IMG/VR virus record: IMGVR_UViG_3300043411_002804 | Length of the DNA: 20,000 bases | Direction: 5' to 3' (one strand) | Source of the DNA: an uncultured virus (IMG/VR IMGVR_UViG_3300043411_002804) | Lineage: Duplodnaviria; Heunggongvirae; Uroviricota; Caudoviricetes | Shown: in pieces, positions 8,194 through 16,853 of the stretch | Numbering within the stretch: the stretch's first letter is position 1 | Layout: each line of letters opens with the position of its first letter | Program-made: the position numbers and the translations under genes | The notes under the pieces: generated by a model | The model's database searches: none | What the model was told of the DNA's origin: nothing | Seen by the model: the letters and a program-made list of their open reading frames with translations, nothing else

Positions 8194-8859
8194 TTAAATA
8201 CAGATAAGTTGAATAGTTTTCGCACTATTCACAAAAGTAATATTCATTTCTTGTTTAACTTGCCCACCACAATGATGAACGTGACCAAAGAAATGATGTG
8301 TTATTCTATGATTTTGGTAAGTCATAGCACTAGTTTGATTTGCTACCCCACAATGCTCCCCACAAGATTCGGCATCCAAGATGCCTGCTGGTGGTGCATG
8401 AGTAACAAGGATTGTAGGATCTGCATCCATTGCCTTCTGGACAATTAATGAGAAATCATGAGATTCTCCTGGCCATTCGCCTGCAATAAATGGAATTTCC
8501 CTATATCCCGAAAATCTTTGCTCTGCAAAGTCTACCGGACCCAAACTCAAATCAAAAGAAGAAGCGCAATATTTGGCTTCAACAAGCTTTTGATGCAAAG
8601 AAATAAAATCATGGTTTCCTGCAATCCAAATTACAGGCTTGCCTTTTAATTTATCCATAATAGATTGAGATTTATAAGACCACCATCTTTCCTGAAAAAG
8701 ACGCTCGTAAACTGGATCAATCTTACCCTGCGTCTTTGTTCCTCTACCATAATTTGGAAAGAAATCTCCTGTAATGAGCCATAGATCAAAATCTAAATCA
8801 CCAACCTTGGTAAGCTTTTTGTAAGAACCATGAAGATCGCTTGCATGAGCAATAATCAT
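8194..8859 (-). CDS. calcineurin-like metallophosphoesterase
   Basis: All five motifs present: SDLHG, ITGDF, AGNHD, VTHAPP, FGHVH; AAGGAGG RBS. Confidence 0.92.
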   Translation of the reverse strand: MIIAHASDLHGSYKKLTKVGDLDFDLWLITGDFFPNYGRGTKTQGKIDPVYERLFQERWWSYKSQSIMDKLKGKPVIWIAGNHDFISLHQKLVEAKYCASSFDLSLGPVDFAEQRFSGYREIPFIAGEWPGESHDFSLIVQKAMDADPTILVTHAPPAGILDAESCGEHCGVANQTSAMTYQNHRITHHFFGHVHHCGGQVKQEMNITFVNSAKTIQLICI

Positions 8860-8880
8860 TATTATACCTCCTTACCAATT

Positions 8881-9153
8881 CTACTCTAGAAATTCATAAC
8901 TGCCATAAAAATCAATGGAGAAATCTCCAAACAAATAGATTCTGATTTTTCCATCAATCATATCATACCAATCCACATGATGTTCAATTACCTTACATTT
9001 GATTGCAACATCACATTTATTATGTCTACATAAAATTGGAGATACATCAATAATTTCTACTGTATCCCATAACGATTTGTACTTTTCACCAACTTTCACT
9101 TGGTGAGTAGTTGTGTCATCAATCACATGTTCGATTTCTTGCTCATACCACAT
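8881..9153 (-). CDS. hypothetical protein
   Basis: 90-aa ORF with GAGG RBS. Confidence 0.7.
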   Translation of the reverse strand: MWYEQEIEHVIDDTTTHQVKVGEKYKSLWDTVEIIDVSPILCRHNKCDVAIKCKVIEHHVDWYDMIDGKIRIYLFGDFSIDFYGSYEFLE

Positions 9154-9187
9154 TAAAACCTCAGCAAAACTTGTAATTTGTTCCTCA

Positions 9188-9466
9188 TCAGAGGAGATTA
9201 TAATGCGTAGTAAGATTCAAAGACAACTCGAACCCAATCTCGTTATCAGAAGAAATTATTGTAATACGACCACAATTTCGGATGATTGACTCATCAGTTT
9301 TATCAATATCTTCTGCCAAATACTTTACCATATTTTCAATGGCTTGATGTGAAGGCACCCCGACTGAAAATTCATTACTCCAAGTCCAGTTATTTTGAAT
9401 GAAAACCTTGTGAGCTACCTTTGCAAAATCATGAATGTATTCTTTCCGAGTCTTTTCCTTATACAT
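9188..9466 (-). CDS. hypothetical protein
   Basis: 92-aa ORF with GGAGG RBS; first gene after promoter copy 5. Confidence 0.7.
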   Translation of the reverse strand: MYKEKTRKEYIHDFAKVAHKVFIQNNWTWSNEFSVGVPSHQAIENMVKYLAEDIDKTDESIIRNCGRITIISSDNEIGFELSLNLTTHYNLL

Positions 9467-9487
9467 TTTTCATGCCTCCGGTAAATA

Positions 9488-9537
9488 GACATAACTCATT
9501 ATCTTTTTTTAGCAAAACCTGAATTAAAATTTTATAC
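9488..9537 (-). promoter_or_regulatory. conserved phage promoter motif, copy 5
   Basis: TTGCTA-A6-GATAATGAGT-TATGTC with upstream TATAAAATTTTAATTCAGG. Confidence 0.75.
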
Positions 9538-9541
9538 AAAC

Positions 9542-9961
9542 CTAATCATGTTCATCAAAACGTTCTTTGGAAACTTTCGTGGGAGTCACCTTGACAATCA
9601 AGTGATCTCCTAGCATAGTCTTTAGCAAATCATTATATCCCAATAGATTACGGATTTCTGCAAGTTCTTTTTTAAGAAGAGCATCTTGCTTAATATCCCA
9701 GCAATCTTCTATAAAATTGAAATCGCCATTTTTTTCATCATCTAGTTCTTTTTGACTTAGGCCAAAAAAATCATTTGCACTGAAATCACAAGTATCTCCA
9801 TCATTAAAATATGGGGTATACTGAGACCAACGTACCTCTAATACATTGGGATATTTTTGAAAGAAGTCACTAAATACTTCGAGAATTAGTTCTTCGCCTC
9901 TCTGGAAGAGCTCAGCTTCAATGGCAAGCATACGATCTTTGATTTTTTCAAATTGTGACAT
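9542..9961 (-). CDS. conserved phage hypothetical protein
   Basis: 139 aa with AGGAG RBS; WSQYTPYFNDGDTC motif recalled from uncharacterised phage proteins. Confidence 0.75.
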   Translation of the reverse strand: MSQFEKIKDRMLAIEAELFQRGEELILEVFSDFFQKYPNVLEVRWSQYTPYFNDGDTCDFSANDFFGLSQKELDDEKNGDFNFIEDCWDIKQDALLKKELAEIRNLLGYNDLLKTMLGDHLIVKVTPTKVSKERFDEHD

Positions 9962-9973
9962 TAAATCTCCTAT

Positions 9974-10462
9974 TTAATCATTTACTCTAATTAATAATCT
10001 GCGCCCAAGTTCTACCGCAGCAGAACCACGATGAATTGTATTGTTAGTGTAAGTAACAACTTCAAAATCTTTTAATTGATTTGTTGGTTGTTTAACTACA
10101 CGATTCAAATTATGACAAAAGATCTTCATATTAGAAGAGTATGGGACTTCGACTTCAAGAAGTGCAAAATCCGTTTTCGACACCCCGGCTGTCATCAATA
10201 CATAATTTGTATTTTTATCAGGACCTGAATCTAAATGCCATCCAGGTAAACATGGTACTTCTCCTTTTTCTAGATCCTGAACTTTCAAATCAAACACTTT
10301 AGCCTGTCTAGGTAATAAAGATGCTAAATATTTAATTTGATTATTTAATGGATAATCATCTACATTACGGATTGAAATATTTTTGTACCAAATAGGCTCT
10401 AAAGCTTGAAGATCAATTGGTGTTAAAAAACCTAAAGATTTGGCCTGACTAATTAACTTCAT
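9974..10462 (-). CDS. putative 2OG-Fe(II) dioxygenase-like protein
   Basis: PGWHLD (HxD), then TIHRG (H), then RRLLIRV (R): facial-triad pattern. Confidence 0.6.
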   Translation of the reverse strand: MKLISQAKSLGFLTPIDLQALEPIWYKNISIRNVDDYPLNNQIKYLASLLPRQAKVFDLKVQDLEKGEVPCLPGWHLDSGPDKNTNYVLMTAGVSKTDFALLEVEVPYSSNMKIFCHNLNRVVKQPTNQLKDFEVVTYTNNTIHRGSAAVELGRRLLIRVND

Positions 10463-10707
10463 TCTGAGATCTTACCCAATTCCTTATTCCATAAGGATTC
10501 AAATAGAACTAATGAACCCGGCCCTGGGTTAAGTCCTGAAATAACAGGAGATATAATTCCCTGATCCGAACATTCAATAAAATGATTGGCAATTTTTTTC
10601 TGAATAGATGGCCAAAAATCTTTTTTATTAAGTTCCATCAAATTTGATGGAATCTCAACGGTTAAAAAATCTTGATGAAAGAATATATTTAATTTGAGAT
10701 TATTCAT
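10459..10707 (-). CDS. hypothetical protein
   Basis: 82 aa with 4-bp overlaps on both sides. Confidence 0.65.
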   Translation of the reverse strand: MNNLKLNIFFHQDFLTVEIPSNLMELNKKDFWPSIQKKIANHFIECSDQGIISPVISGLNPGPGSLVLFESLWNKELGKISE

Positions 10708-10964
10708 TTTTTTCCCTTGGATTTACTATGAGTGTTTGCTGAAAATAATTCTAAAAAACCCAAAAGGATGAAGAAGAAAATCCATAGAGGATGAACCTGA
10801 TTTTCAAAGCAATAATCTGCAATTAAAAACCTAGGGAACAAAATTGCTCCAATTACATCCAATGCGTATGGAACTTCATTATGAGGAATTGTCCCATTCA
10901 GGTAAGCAATTAATAAGGTCCACCTTGGAAAAAATAGACCAAAACACAAAAACCAATAAGACAT
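10704..10964 (-). CDS. small integral membrane protein
   Basis: Three hydrophobic segments, repeated FPR motif, basic C-terminus. Confidence 0.7.
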   Translation of the reverse strand: MSYWFLCFGLFFPRWTLLIAYLNGTIPHNEVPYALDVIGAILFPRFLIADYCFENQVHPLWIFFFILLGFLELFSANTHSKSKGKK

Positions 10965-10976
10965 TATAAACTTCCT

Positions 10977-11240
10977 TTAGGCTGACCATTCAAATGAGAC
11001 CACAATCAATTCTTTTGTAGAACTTGAATTTTTTGCCATATATTGCATTGGAAATAGCTTCAAGTAAGAAGGTGTCTCTTCAAGTTCTTTGATAAAAGAC
11101 AAAGCTTCGTTTTCGGTGCCAAAAAACTTTACTGAATTATAGTCAAAATGATAAAAAATAGACCCTGAGCCATAAGACCTATAATCATACTTCATACCCG
11201 AGAAAAACAAATCCTCGGACTTAGATTTAATGGCATACAT
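10977..11240 (-). CDS. hypothetical protein
   Basis: Start moved to ATG 11240 (AGGAGG RBS). Confidence 0.7.
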   Translation of the reverse strand: MYAIKSKSEDLFFSGMKYDYRSYGSGSIFYHFDYNSVKFFGTENEALSFIKELEETPSYLKLFPMQYMAKNSSSTKELIVVSFEWSA

Positions 11241-11462
11241 TATACCTCCTAATGAATTAGAATGGTCACGTGAGAAAATATAAGATACTGGCAAAAGCCA
11301 TAGATAATTCCGCCGATTAAAGCAGAAATAATACACATGCCAATCATATCAGACTTTTCAAGAAACATATTGATTTCTATCCATTTTAAATGTTTTCGAA
11401 AGAAAATTTGTCTCGAAGAAATTAACTTACTCCATTAGCATTTTTTTTCTATGAAATGTAAA

Positions 11463-11699
11463 TTATGTGTAGAGTGTGTGTTTCGCCATATACAGGACGA
11501 TATCTCCGTCAGGAGTCGAAATAGACTTCTGATTGCTATCGCTTCTACGAAGTTCAGTGAATGCAGCGGTTACATATTCCAACAAATGAACTGGAAAATT
11601 TCGAATTCGAAGTTCGTTTTCCAAAGCGCATGTCTCTTCAGTCACATATAGAGTTTCAAAAATATTGGAATGCAAAAGACTGATTTCATAAATAGTCAT
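11463..11699 (-). CDS. hypothetical protein
   Basis: ATG 11699 after GGAG. Confidence 0.55.
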   Translation of the reverse strand: MTIYEISLLHSNIFETLYVTEETCALENELRIRNFPVHLLEYVTAAFTELRRSDSNQKSISTPDGDIVLYMAKHTLYT

Positions 11700-11724
11700 A
11701 ACAACTCCATTCAATTTAATTTAA

Positions 11725-11795
11725 TGGGCATGGTGGAAATCGAACCCACACGTTAAAAAACATCCAAATTTGAGTCGGACCTGGCTACCACGCCC
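11725..11795 (-). tRNA. tRNA-Leu(CAA)-like gene lacking the D arm (pseudo-tRNA or atypical tRNA)
   Basis: Acceptor GGGCGTG/CATGCCC plus A, anticodon arm TCCGA-CTCAAAT-TTGGA, long variable arm GTT-TTTT-AAC, T arm GTGGG-TTCGATT-TCCAC; only GTAGCCAGG between acceptor and anticodon stems. Confidence 0.7.
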
Positions 11796-11917
11796 TTGAA
11801 TGATCATCCACGCACACATACACAAATATTTTTAAATATATCTCAATGCAGGAGTTTTTCCTCTTAAAATCTACGCTTCGCTTCGTAACATTATCTACGT
11901 TACTCAATTTAATAGAA

Positions 11918-11991
11918 TGGCACCCCTGGGATTCGAACCCAGACTATACGGGATTTGAAGCCGTCTCCTCTACCAGTTGGGATAGGATGCC
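11918..11991 (-). tRNA. tRNA-Leu(CAA), short variable loop
   Basis: Acceptor GGCATCC/GGGTGCC plus A, D arm TCC-CAACTGGTAGA-GGA, anticodon arm ACGGC-TTCAAAT-CCCGT (31-39 mismatch), T arm CTGGG-TTCGAAT-CCCAG. Confidence 0.85.
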
Positions 11992-12022
11992 GATATTTCA
12001 TGTTATTACATATCATCACATA

Positions 12023-12256
12023 TTACCAAACGTTTTTTTGTTCCACCGAAACCATGGTGTAGCCACCATCATCATAAAGATAAGGGGTATTCATATTTTC
12101 CATTGCCCATCGAAATCCACGAACAACAGAATTAATATCAATATCACCAAACTTCTTGGTTTTCAGAAAACGAGTTAAACCAAATTCATCTCGGCAAAAA
12201 CATTCGCTTACCGCTTCGTGTAAAAAACAACGAAAAGTTACTCGATAAATTTTCAT
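12023..12256 (-). CDS. hypothetical protein
   Basis: 77 aa with GGAG RBS; downstream of promoter copy 6. Confidence 0.65.
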   Translation of the reverse strand: MKIYRVTFRCFLHEAVSECFCRDEFGLTRFLKTKKFGDIDINSVVRGFRWAMENMNTPYLYDDGGYTMVSVEQKNVW

Positions 12257-12308
12257 AGATGAAACTCCGTCTTCCTGAATACATAAATTGAAAATTCACC
12301 CTTACTTA

Positions 12309-12357
12309 ACTATATCCAAATATCTTTTTTTAGCAAAACTTGAATTATTATTTTACA
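12309..12357 (-). promoter_or_regulatory. conserved phage promoter motif, copy 6
   Basis: TTGCTA-N16-TATAGT with upstream TGTAAAATAATAATTCAAG. Confidence 0.8.
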
Positions 12358-12366
12358 ACTGACTTA

Positions 12367-12561
12367 TTAATAAGCTCTTTTTAAGTCTCCTAAATTTGAA
12401 TGAATATGGCCACACTTAATCTCATGGCATTCAAGTTCTTCTTCCTCCATATAATTATACTCGTCACACATAAGTTCTCGAGCCTGAGATTCCGTTTCTG
12501 CGATCACAACAATACATCCTCGCCAAGAATGATCCTGAATCCAAACCTTAAGATTTTCCAT
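12367..12561 (-). CDS. small hypothetical phage protein
   Basis: 64 aa with GGAG RBS; VVIAETESQAREL pattern is common in small phage proteins. Confidence 0.7.
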   Translation of the reverse strand: MENLKVWIQDHSWRGCIVVIAETESQARELMCDEYNYMEEEELECHEIKCGHIHSNLGDLKRAY

Positions 12562-12604
12562 GTAATTTCTCCAATTCTATAATGTTAACTCTCATTGACT
12601 CCTC

Positions 12605-12654
12605 GTCATAACCCAACATATTTTTTTAGCAAACCCTGAATTAAAATTTTATAT
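12605..12654 (-). promoter_or_regulatory. conserved phage promoter motif, copy 7
   Basis: + strand cataacccaacatatttttttagcaaaccctgaattaaaattttatat. Confidence 0.75.
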
Positions 12655-12743
12655 CCAAGGCCGGCGCGCCGGGTCTAAAATCCATCACCCCGACCCGCGC
12701 GGAGCAAATTCCGATCTAAATTTTAGACCTATAAGCAGTGGGG

Positions 12744-12773
12744 GGGGGCGATCGAATTGACGCCCCCATTTTT
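12744..12773. terminator. GC-rich hairpin, possible terminator
   Basis: GGGGGCG-N10-CGCCCCC right at the end of the 12772 ORF; T-tract on the + strand side. Confidence 0.45.
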
Positions 12774-13158
12774 AGTATCCGACCCGCAATCCTCGGCAAC
12801 CAGTAATATTCCCTTCCGTATCCCGAATCGCATCGCCAGGCGATGCGAGATCAAATGGAGTACGTTCCTCAGGTCTTGACTCCCTCCAAGAAGCACCATA
12901 TTGGCGGTAGGACTGGTATCGAGTCATGACTGCATCCAAAACCATCCCTGATACAATTAGTGTCACTCCATCAACCGGATCAGGCAAATTGATGGGATAT
13001 CCAAACATTGTTACTACGCAAGGCACACCCTCACGTTCCGGAGCTGGAAAACTTGCTGCCGCAACACGTACGGGACACTGAGTGTTTGCAGGAATTTCCA
13101 AAAATGTACCGTCGGAACGCTGAATATTTAGCTTATGAGGCATTAAGTTGATCAACAT
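12772..13158 (-). CDS. NL(T/M)PH-motif protein, possible Crn4-like ring nuclease
   Basis: Start moved to MLINLMPH (13158 or 13164); motifs INLMPH, VRV, LPDPVDGVTLIVS, DLASPG, IRDTEGNITGCRGL. The CDS is solid; the function is recalled and unverified. Confidence 0.45.
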   Translation of the reverse strand: MLINLMPHKLNIQRSDGTFLEIPANTQCPVRVAAASFPAPEREGVPCVVTMFGYPINLPDPVDGVTLIVSGMVLDAVMTRYQSYRQYGASWRESRPEERTPFDLASPGDAIRDTEGNITGCRGLRVGY

Positions 13159-13189
13159 GATCATATCCCATTTGTTTTTGTTTTTTTGG

Positions 13190-13495
13190 TTAGAAAGACT
13201 TATGGAGATTATTCCAATAAGTCTCGTTATCCGAAAGCCAACGATCTTCATCATCCATGAAATAAGACTCAGCATATGCCTGAATGATTTCCTCCTCATC
13301 ATCCTCATCTGGATCAAAACAACCATCACATCCACATCGAATATAAACATCCTTATTGTGTTCGGGATTGATTGTGTAAATTCCACAGTTGCGACATACC
13401 CAAACAGCATATTCACCATTTGGAGCCTGACGCACCGCAGCACGAATTTCGCTATCAGACATATCAGAGTGAATCTTAGCCGTGACAATGCTCAT
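13190..13495 (-). CDS. Cys-rich, probably Zn-binding protein with acidic tail
   Basis: CRNC and CGCDGC; GGGGG RBS-like run upstream. Confidence 0.7.
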   Translation of the reverse strand: MSIVTAKIHSDMSDSEIRAAVRQAPNGEYAVWVCRNCGIYTINPEHNKDVYIRCGCDGCFDPDEDDEEEIIQAYAESYFMDDEDRWLSDNETYWNNLHKSF

Positions 13496-13518
13496 TATTC
13501 CCCCAAATTAATCGGTAT

Positions 13519-13788
13519 TCAGCCGGTAACTGCCTGAGTAATAGACTTATGTAAGTCTTGCAAATCAGTTCCTTTCCCATATACCCATATCTCTTGGGTA
13601 ATATCATGTTGCTTAGTTTCTAAGTACAACGTCCATAACATTTCTCTATCTGGCTTATTCTTAATCCAACGCAACTCAATGCGAAAAACATCTTCTGTTG
13701 GAAAGTACTGAAGAAACTCTTCCATAGAAGAAAATTCTCGCCTCATCGAGCCAAACCAATTTGACATCTTATGTCTACAATCAAACAT
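13519..13788 (-). CDS. hypothetical protein
   Basis: 89 aa with GGAGG RBS. Confidence 0.7.
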   Translation of the reverse strand: MFDCRHKMSNWFGSMRREFSSMEEFLQYFPTEDVFRIELRWIKNKPDREMLWTLYLETKQHDITQEIWVYGKGTDLQDLHKSITQAVTG

Positions 13789-13873
13789 GTCTGCCTCCGT
13801 TTTTACACTTCACCACGAAGAAATAAGCCTCCCATAGCCGCGAGCGGAGAGGTTTACCTTCAAGATTACCACA

Positions 13874-14098
13874 TCAATCAAAGAGTCGCTTTGCATGATG
13901 CCAAACTACATCATTCTTTTGAAGAACATATCCAGTCATATCCCAGATACGAACGCCAACAACATTTGGAGACTCACATAGCGCGTAGAAGACCACGAAT
14001 GAATCATGCCCTAAACCTGCGACCACAACCTTGGAAAGAATAGGGAATCCATTATCACAATCTGGTTCTTGCCGCCAAAAAACCTCGAAACAATACAT
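13874..14098 (-). CDS. hypothetical protein
   Basis: 74 aa with GAGGTG RBS. Confidence 0.65.
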   Translation of the reverse strand: MYCFEVFWRQEPDCDNGFPILSKVVVAGLGHDSFVVFYALCESPNVVGVRIWDMTGYVLQKNDVVWHHAKRLFD

Positions 14099-14118
14099 AT
14101 GTCACCTCAAGATAGGTA

Positions 14119-14520
14119 TTATGGTTTCCAGTAAGAAGCTTCGAAATTCGAACAGGTCTGAATAAATTCTCCCGGTTCGACTCCATAACTACCATTCCAT
14201 GCGTAATACTCGAAATCCATCTCAATGCCATGACCATTAGGAAGGATAAGCTTGGCTTGTTCAAACCAAACCTTAGCTGGCAACCGTGGCCACTTGTTTA
14301 CAATTGAATTTCCTTCCTGATCCAGGGAGTTTATAATCTCCCCAGCCTCACGAACCTTTGTGATTAGGTCCTTCAAAAAGTCCGTATTTCGTTGCTCCTC
14401 AAACACCTTATCTTTTGCAGAGAGGATATGCTCCTCATAAACAGATTTCGCTGGCTCATCCTGAGTAAAGATGTTAATCTCTACCTTTAGAAATTTCCAG
14501 GACTGAACATCATCCCACAT
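14119..14520 (-). CDS. hypothetical protein
   Basis: 133 aa, packed 9 bp after the upstream stop. Confidence 0.7.
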   Translation of the reverse strand: MWDDVQSWKFLKVEINIFTQDEPAKSVYEEHILSAKDKVFEEQRNTDFLKDLITKVREAGEIINSLDQEGNSIVNKWPRLPAKVWFEQAKLILPNGHGIEMDFEYYAWNGSYGVEPGEFIQTCSNFEASYWKP

Positions 14521-14529
14521 CTTTTCACC

Positions 14530-14859
14530 CTAAGCAAAAGGGTTGAATCCACCATGCAAAACCGACTCGGTAACCTTCCCAGACTTCTCTTCCTTTTCCT
14601 TCAACTTCCGAGGAGTAACAACCTTTCGCTCAGGCTTCGGAGGATGACGAGAAAAATTGTAAATCTCATCAAGACCTCGCTCCTTCGCAAGAGTCGAAAG
14701 ATCCTGTTGAATCACAAGAGGAAGAATCGTGCTCGGGGGCAAAGAACGGAACGACTTCACCGTTACCCAATTCCCTTCGCTACCAAGAGCGGTTTCCAAT
14801 GCCCGCACAAAACGAAAATGACCGAAATCAGGAATGATCAACTCAGGAGCGTTTTCCAT
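14530..14859 (-). CDS. hypothetical protein with basic C-terminal region
   Basis: 109 aa with GAGGTG RBS; first gene after promoter copy 8. Confidence 0.7.
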   Translation of the reverse strand: MENAPELIIPDFGHFRFVRALETALGSEGNWVTVKSFRSLPPSTILPLVIQQDLSTLAKERGLDEIYNFSRHPPKPERKVVTPRKLKEKEEKSGKVTESVLHGGFNPFA

Positions 14860-14875
14860 TATTCACCTCACACCT

Positions 14876-14926
14876 AATTATAACTATTTATCTTTTTTTA
14901 GCAAAACCTAAATGTTTATTTTATAT
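14876..14926 (-). promoter_or_regulatory. conserved phage promoter motif, copy 8
   Basis: TTGCTA-A6-GATAAATAGT-TATAAT (perfect -10). Confidence 0.85.
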
Positions 14927-14975
14927 CTTAAATAAAACCACCCCCCGCTCGGCCGGATCGTAAGCTCTGCGAACG

Positions 14976-15677
14976 TTACGGGTTAGAACATAAATCGTAA
15001 TCTAATAAGTGATTTCGAAAATCCTTCACTCCATCAAAGCCAAAAATAGGCATCGGCAATAAAGGATTCTGCGTATTGTTATCATCAGATATCATAATCG
15101 GGGTATAACTTATACGAACAAATGTTCGCTTTGTATTTGCCACCAATTTCGGACGACGGTGAATTACATAAGGATCCATACAATAAACCGTCTTCGGCTC
15201 CAAGATTTTTGGCTGACCCGAAATTCGACGTTGAATGAAAAGATGAACGTTATGAACCATCGGATCAAAATCGGTCGGAAAAATCATCGGTATCTCAGCG
15301 CATTCCGTCGGAGTATGATCTACCCAAATATAATTCTGTTCAGGTAAATGAGTAATCTTAGTGGAAAATCCATCAACATGCCACAAATCATCACTCTCTG
15401 ACGCTACCAAACCATGTCGCACAGTAATGTAAAGATAAGGATGTCGAACACCAATCACGTGTTCTTGGTTAAAACTAGATACCTCAATCATTTTGCGGAC
15501 CCATTCCAATTCCAAAGGAAGTCGCAATTCGTGATATGGCTGCTTAACCAACATCCGAAGAATGTACTGTCTGAAATCTGGCGGGGTTAAATCCAAAGGA
15601 GCGATTTTCTCAGGATGTGAATTCTGCTGAAAATGCTCCAAAGAAAGAATCTGCTTGGATCGATTCCTAATTGACAT
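14976..15677 (-). CDS. putative 2OG-Fe(II) dioxygenase-like protein
   Basis: LWHVDG (HxD), then VIHRRP (H), then KRTFVRIS (R); same motif order as 9974-10462. Confidence 0.62.
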   Translation of the reverse strand: MSIRNRSKQILSLEHFQQNSHPEKIAPLDLTPPDFRQYILRMLVKQPYHELRLPLELEWVRKMIEVSSFNQEHVIGVRHPYLYITVRHGLVASESDDLWHVDGFSTKITHLPEQNYIWVDHTPTECAEIPMIFPTDFDPMVHNVHLFIQRRISGQPKILEPKTVYCMDPYVIHRRPKLVANTKRTFVRISYTPIMISDDNNTQNPLLPMPIFGFDGVKDFRNHLLDYDLCSNP

Positions 15678-15716
15678 TTAACACCTTCATTAAGGAATGA
15701 GTTCTTTGGAACGAAC

Positions 15717-16094
15717 CTAAAACCAAATCGGATCATCAGGCCAAATAATGGCCGGATAAATCTCGATCTCTTTATCCATATCAGGGGCGACAAAAATTCG
15801 CCATTCTACTCCACCCTCACCCTTCACTGCAGCCTTGACAGGTAGATTAATGATCTTTGACCACTTAAGCATATCTTTTCCAAGACCATACCACTTGATA
15901 TCGTGTCCTACTGCATCCGGAACTTCAATCACACTTTCAATTTCCTTTACATCGCAGATAACATCAGATGCTGTCTTCGAAAGCTGCACCAATGCTCGAA
16001 TCTCAGAGAGTGTAGGACTACGCCAGCGTGTTGCCTTTCTCTCCCGACGGTTGATATCACCAACAAATAATTCAAAATCAATCGTGTAACCCAT
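15717..16094 (-). CDS. hypothetical protein
   Basis: 125 aa with AAGGTGGTG RBS. Confidence 0.7.
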   Translation of the reverse strand: MGYTIDFELFVGDINRRERKATRWRSPTLSEIRALVQLSKTASDVICDVKEIESVIEVPDAVGHDIKWYGLGKDMLKWSKIINLPVKAAVKGEGGVEWRIFVAPDMDKEIEIYPAIIWPDDPIWF

Positions 16095-16124
16095 TGTTCA
16101 CCACCTTTCTAAAAAGAAAGTCTG

Positions 16125-16514
16125 TCAGTTCCTGTCGGTTCCTACCTCTCGAACAATATCCGAGATAATCTCCTTCGCATACATCTTTGAGGAAATCTTC
16201 AACTCCCGAATCAACTCGGTCTTCAAATGATTGATTCGATCAATCCGAGATCCCTTCTCACTTGGAGTCTTTCGAACCTTGGTGTCTTCAATCTCCACAT
16301 CCTCTTCCGAGGTAGTATCAGAAACTTCAACCAATAGTTCTGTTTTGCGGGGCACAACTCCAGATGTACGCAATGGATTCAAAACAGATGGCAAACGTAG
16401 AGACGATCCAAATACCGCAGCGCAATTTGGACACACCTTGGAACGTACCCCAATATACTTCTGACACGAATTGCAGAACTTACGGCCGCGACCTGGAGCG
16501 TTATGAATTGCCAT
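16125..16514 (-). CDS. N-terminal Zn-finger protein
   Basis: GRGRKFCNSCQKYIGVRSKVCPNC (CxxC-x10-CxxC); GAGGTG RBS. Confidence 0.75.
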   Translation of the reverse strand: MAIHNAPGRGRKFCNSCQKYIGVRSKVCPNCAAVFGSSLRLPSVLNPLRTSGVVPRKTELLVEVSDTTSEEDVEIEDTKVRKTPSEKGSRIDRINHLKTELIRELKISSKMYAKEIISDIVREVGTDRN

Positions 16515-16570
16515 CTTATCACCTCACCCTTGATTTCTTAAAGCATTTTTCTTGGTCGTTCTACTCCCTA

Positions 16571-16620
16571 ATCATATCTAGATATCTTTTTTTAGCAAAG
16601 CCTAAATGTTTATTTTATAT
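16571..16620 (-). promoter_or_regulatory. conserved phage promoter motif, copy 9
   Basis: TTGCTA-A6-GATATCTAGA-TATGAT; upstream block nearly identical to copy 8. Confidence 0.8.
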
Positions 16621-16637
16621 CTAAAAAAGTAGGGGAC

Positions 16638-16847
16638 TTATTTTTTTATTTCTATATCACCAATCTTGGCACCCTTTGGCGAAAATTCTAAATCATCATA
16701 AATAAAGTCACCTAACACCTTTGCTTCCGCTGGACCTAAACCAACAAAGCCTTCTCCATAAGCTATCAACTTAACATTGTGTTTCTTGCATAACTTCATC
16801 ATGTCTCTAGCGAAAGATTTATAGTCCGGCGTTCTCATTGTATTCAT
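16638..16847 (-). CDS. hypothetical protein
   Basis: 69-aa ORF directly downstream of the second intergenic motif. Confidence 0.6.
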   Translation of the reverse strand: MNTMRTPDYKSFARDMMKLCKKHNVKLIAYGEGFVGLGPAEAKVLGDFIYDDLEFSPKGAKIGDIEIKK

Positions 16848-16853
16848 CCTATT

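Noticed and set aside
11950..11966. Reading the 11918-11991 tRNA as a TCA (opal suppressor) anticodon
   Set aside because: Canonical arm spacing centres the loop on CAA; shifting to TCA breaks the stem. TGA and TAG both end well-packed genes here, so there is no sign of stop-codon recoding.
13165..13488. N-terminal extension of ORF 12772..13488
   Set aside because: Overlaps the 13190-13495 gene in another frame; the recognisable motif starts at MLINLMPH.
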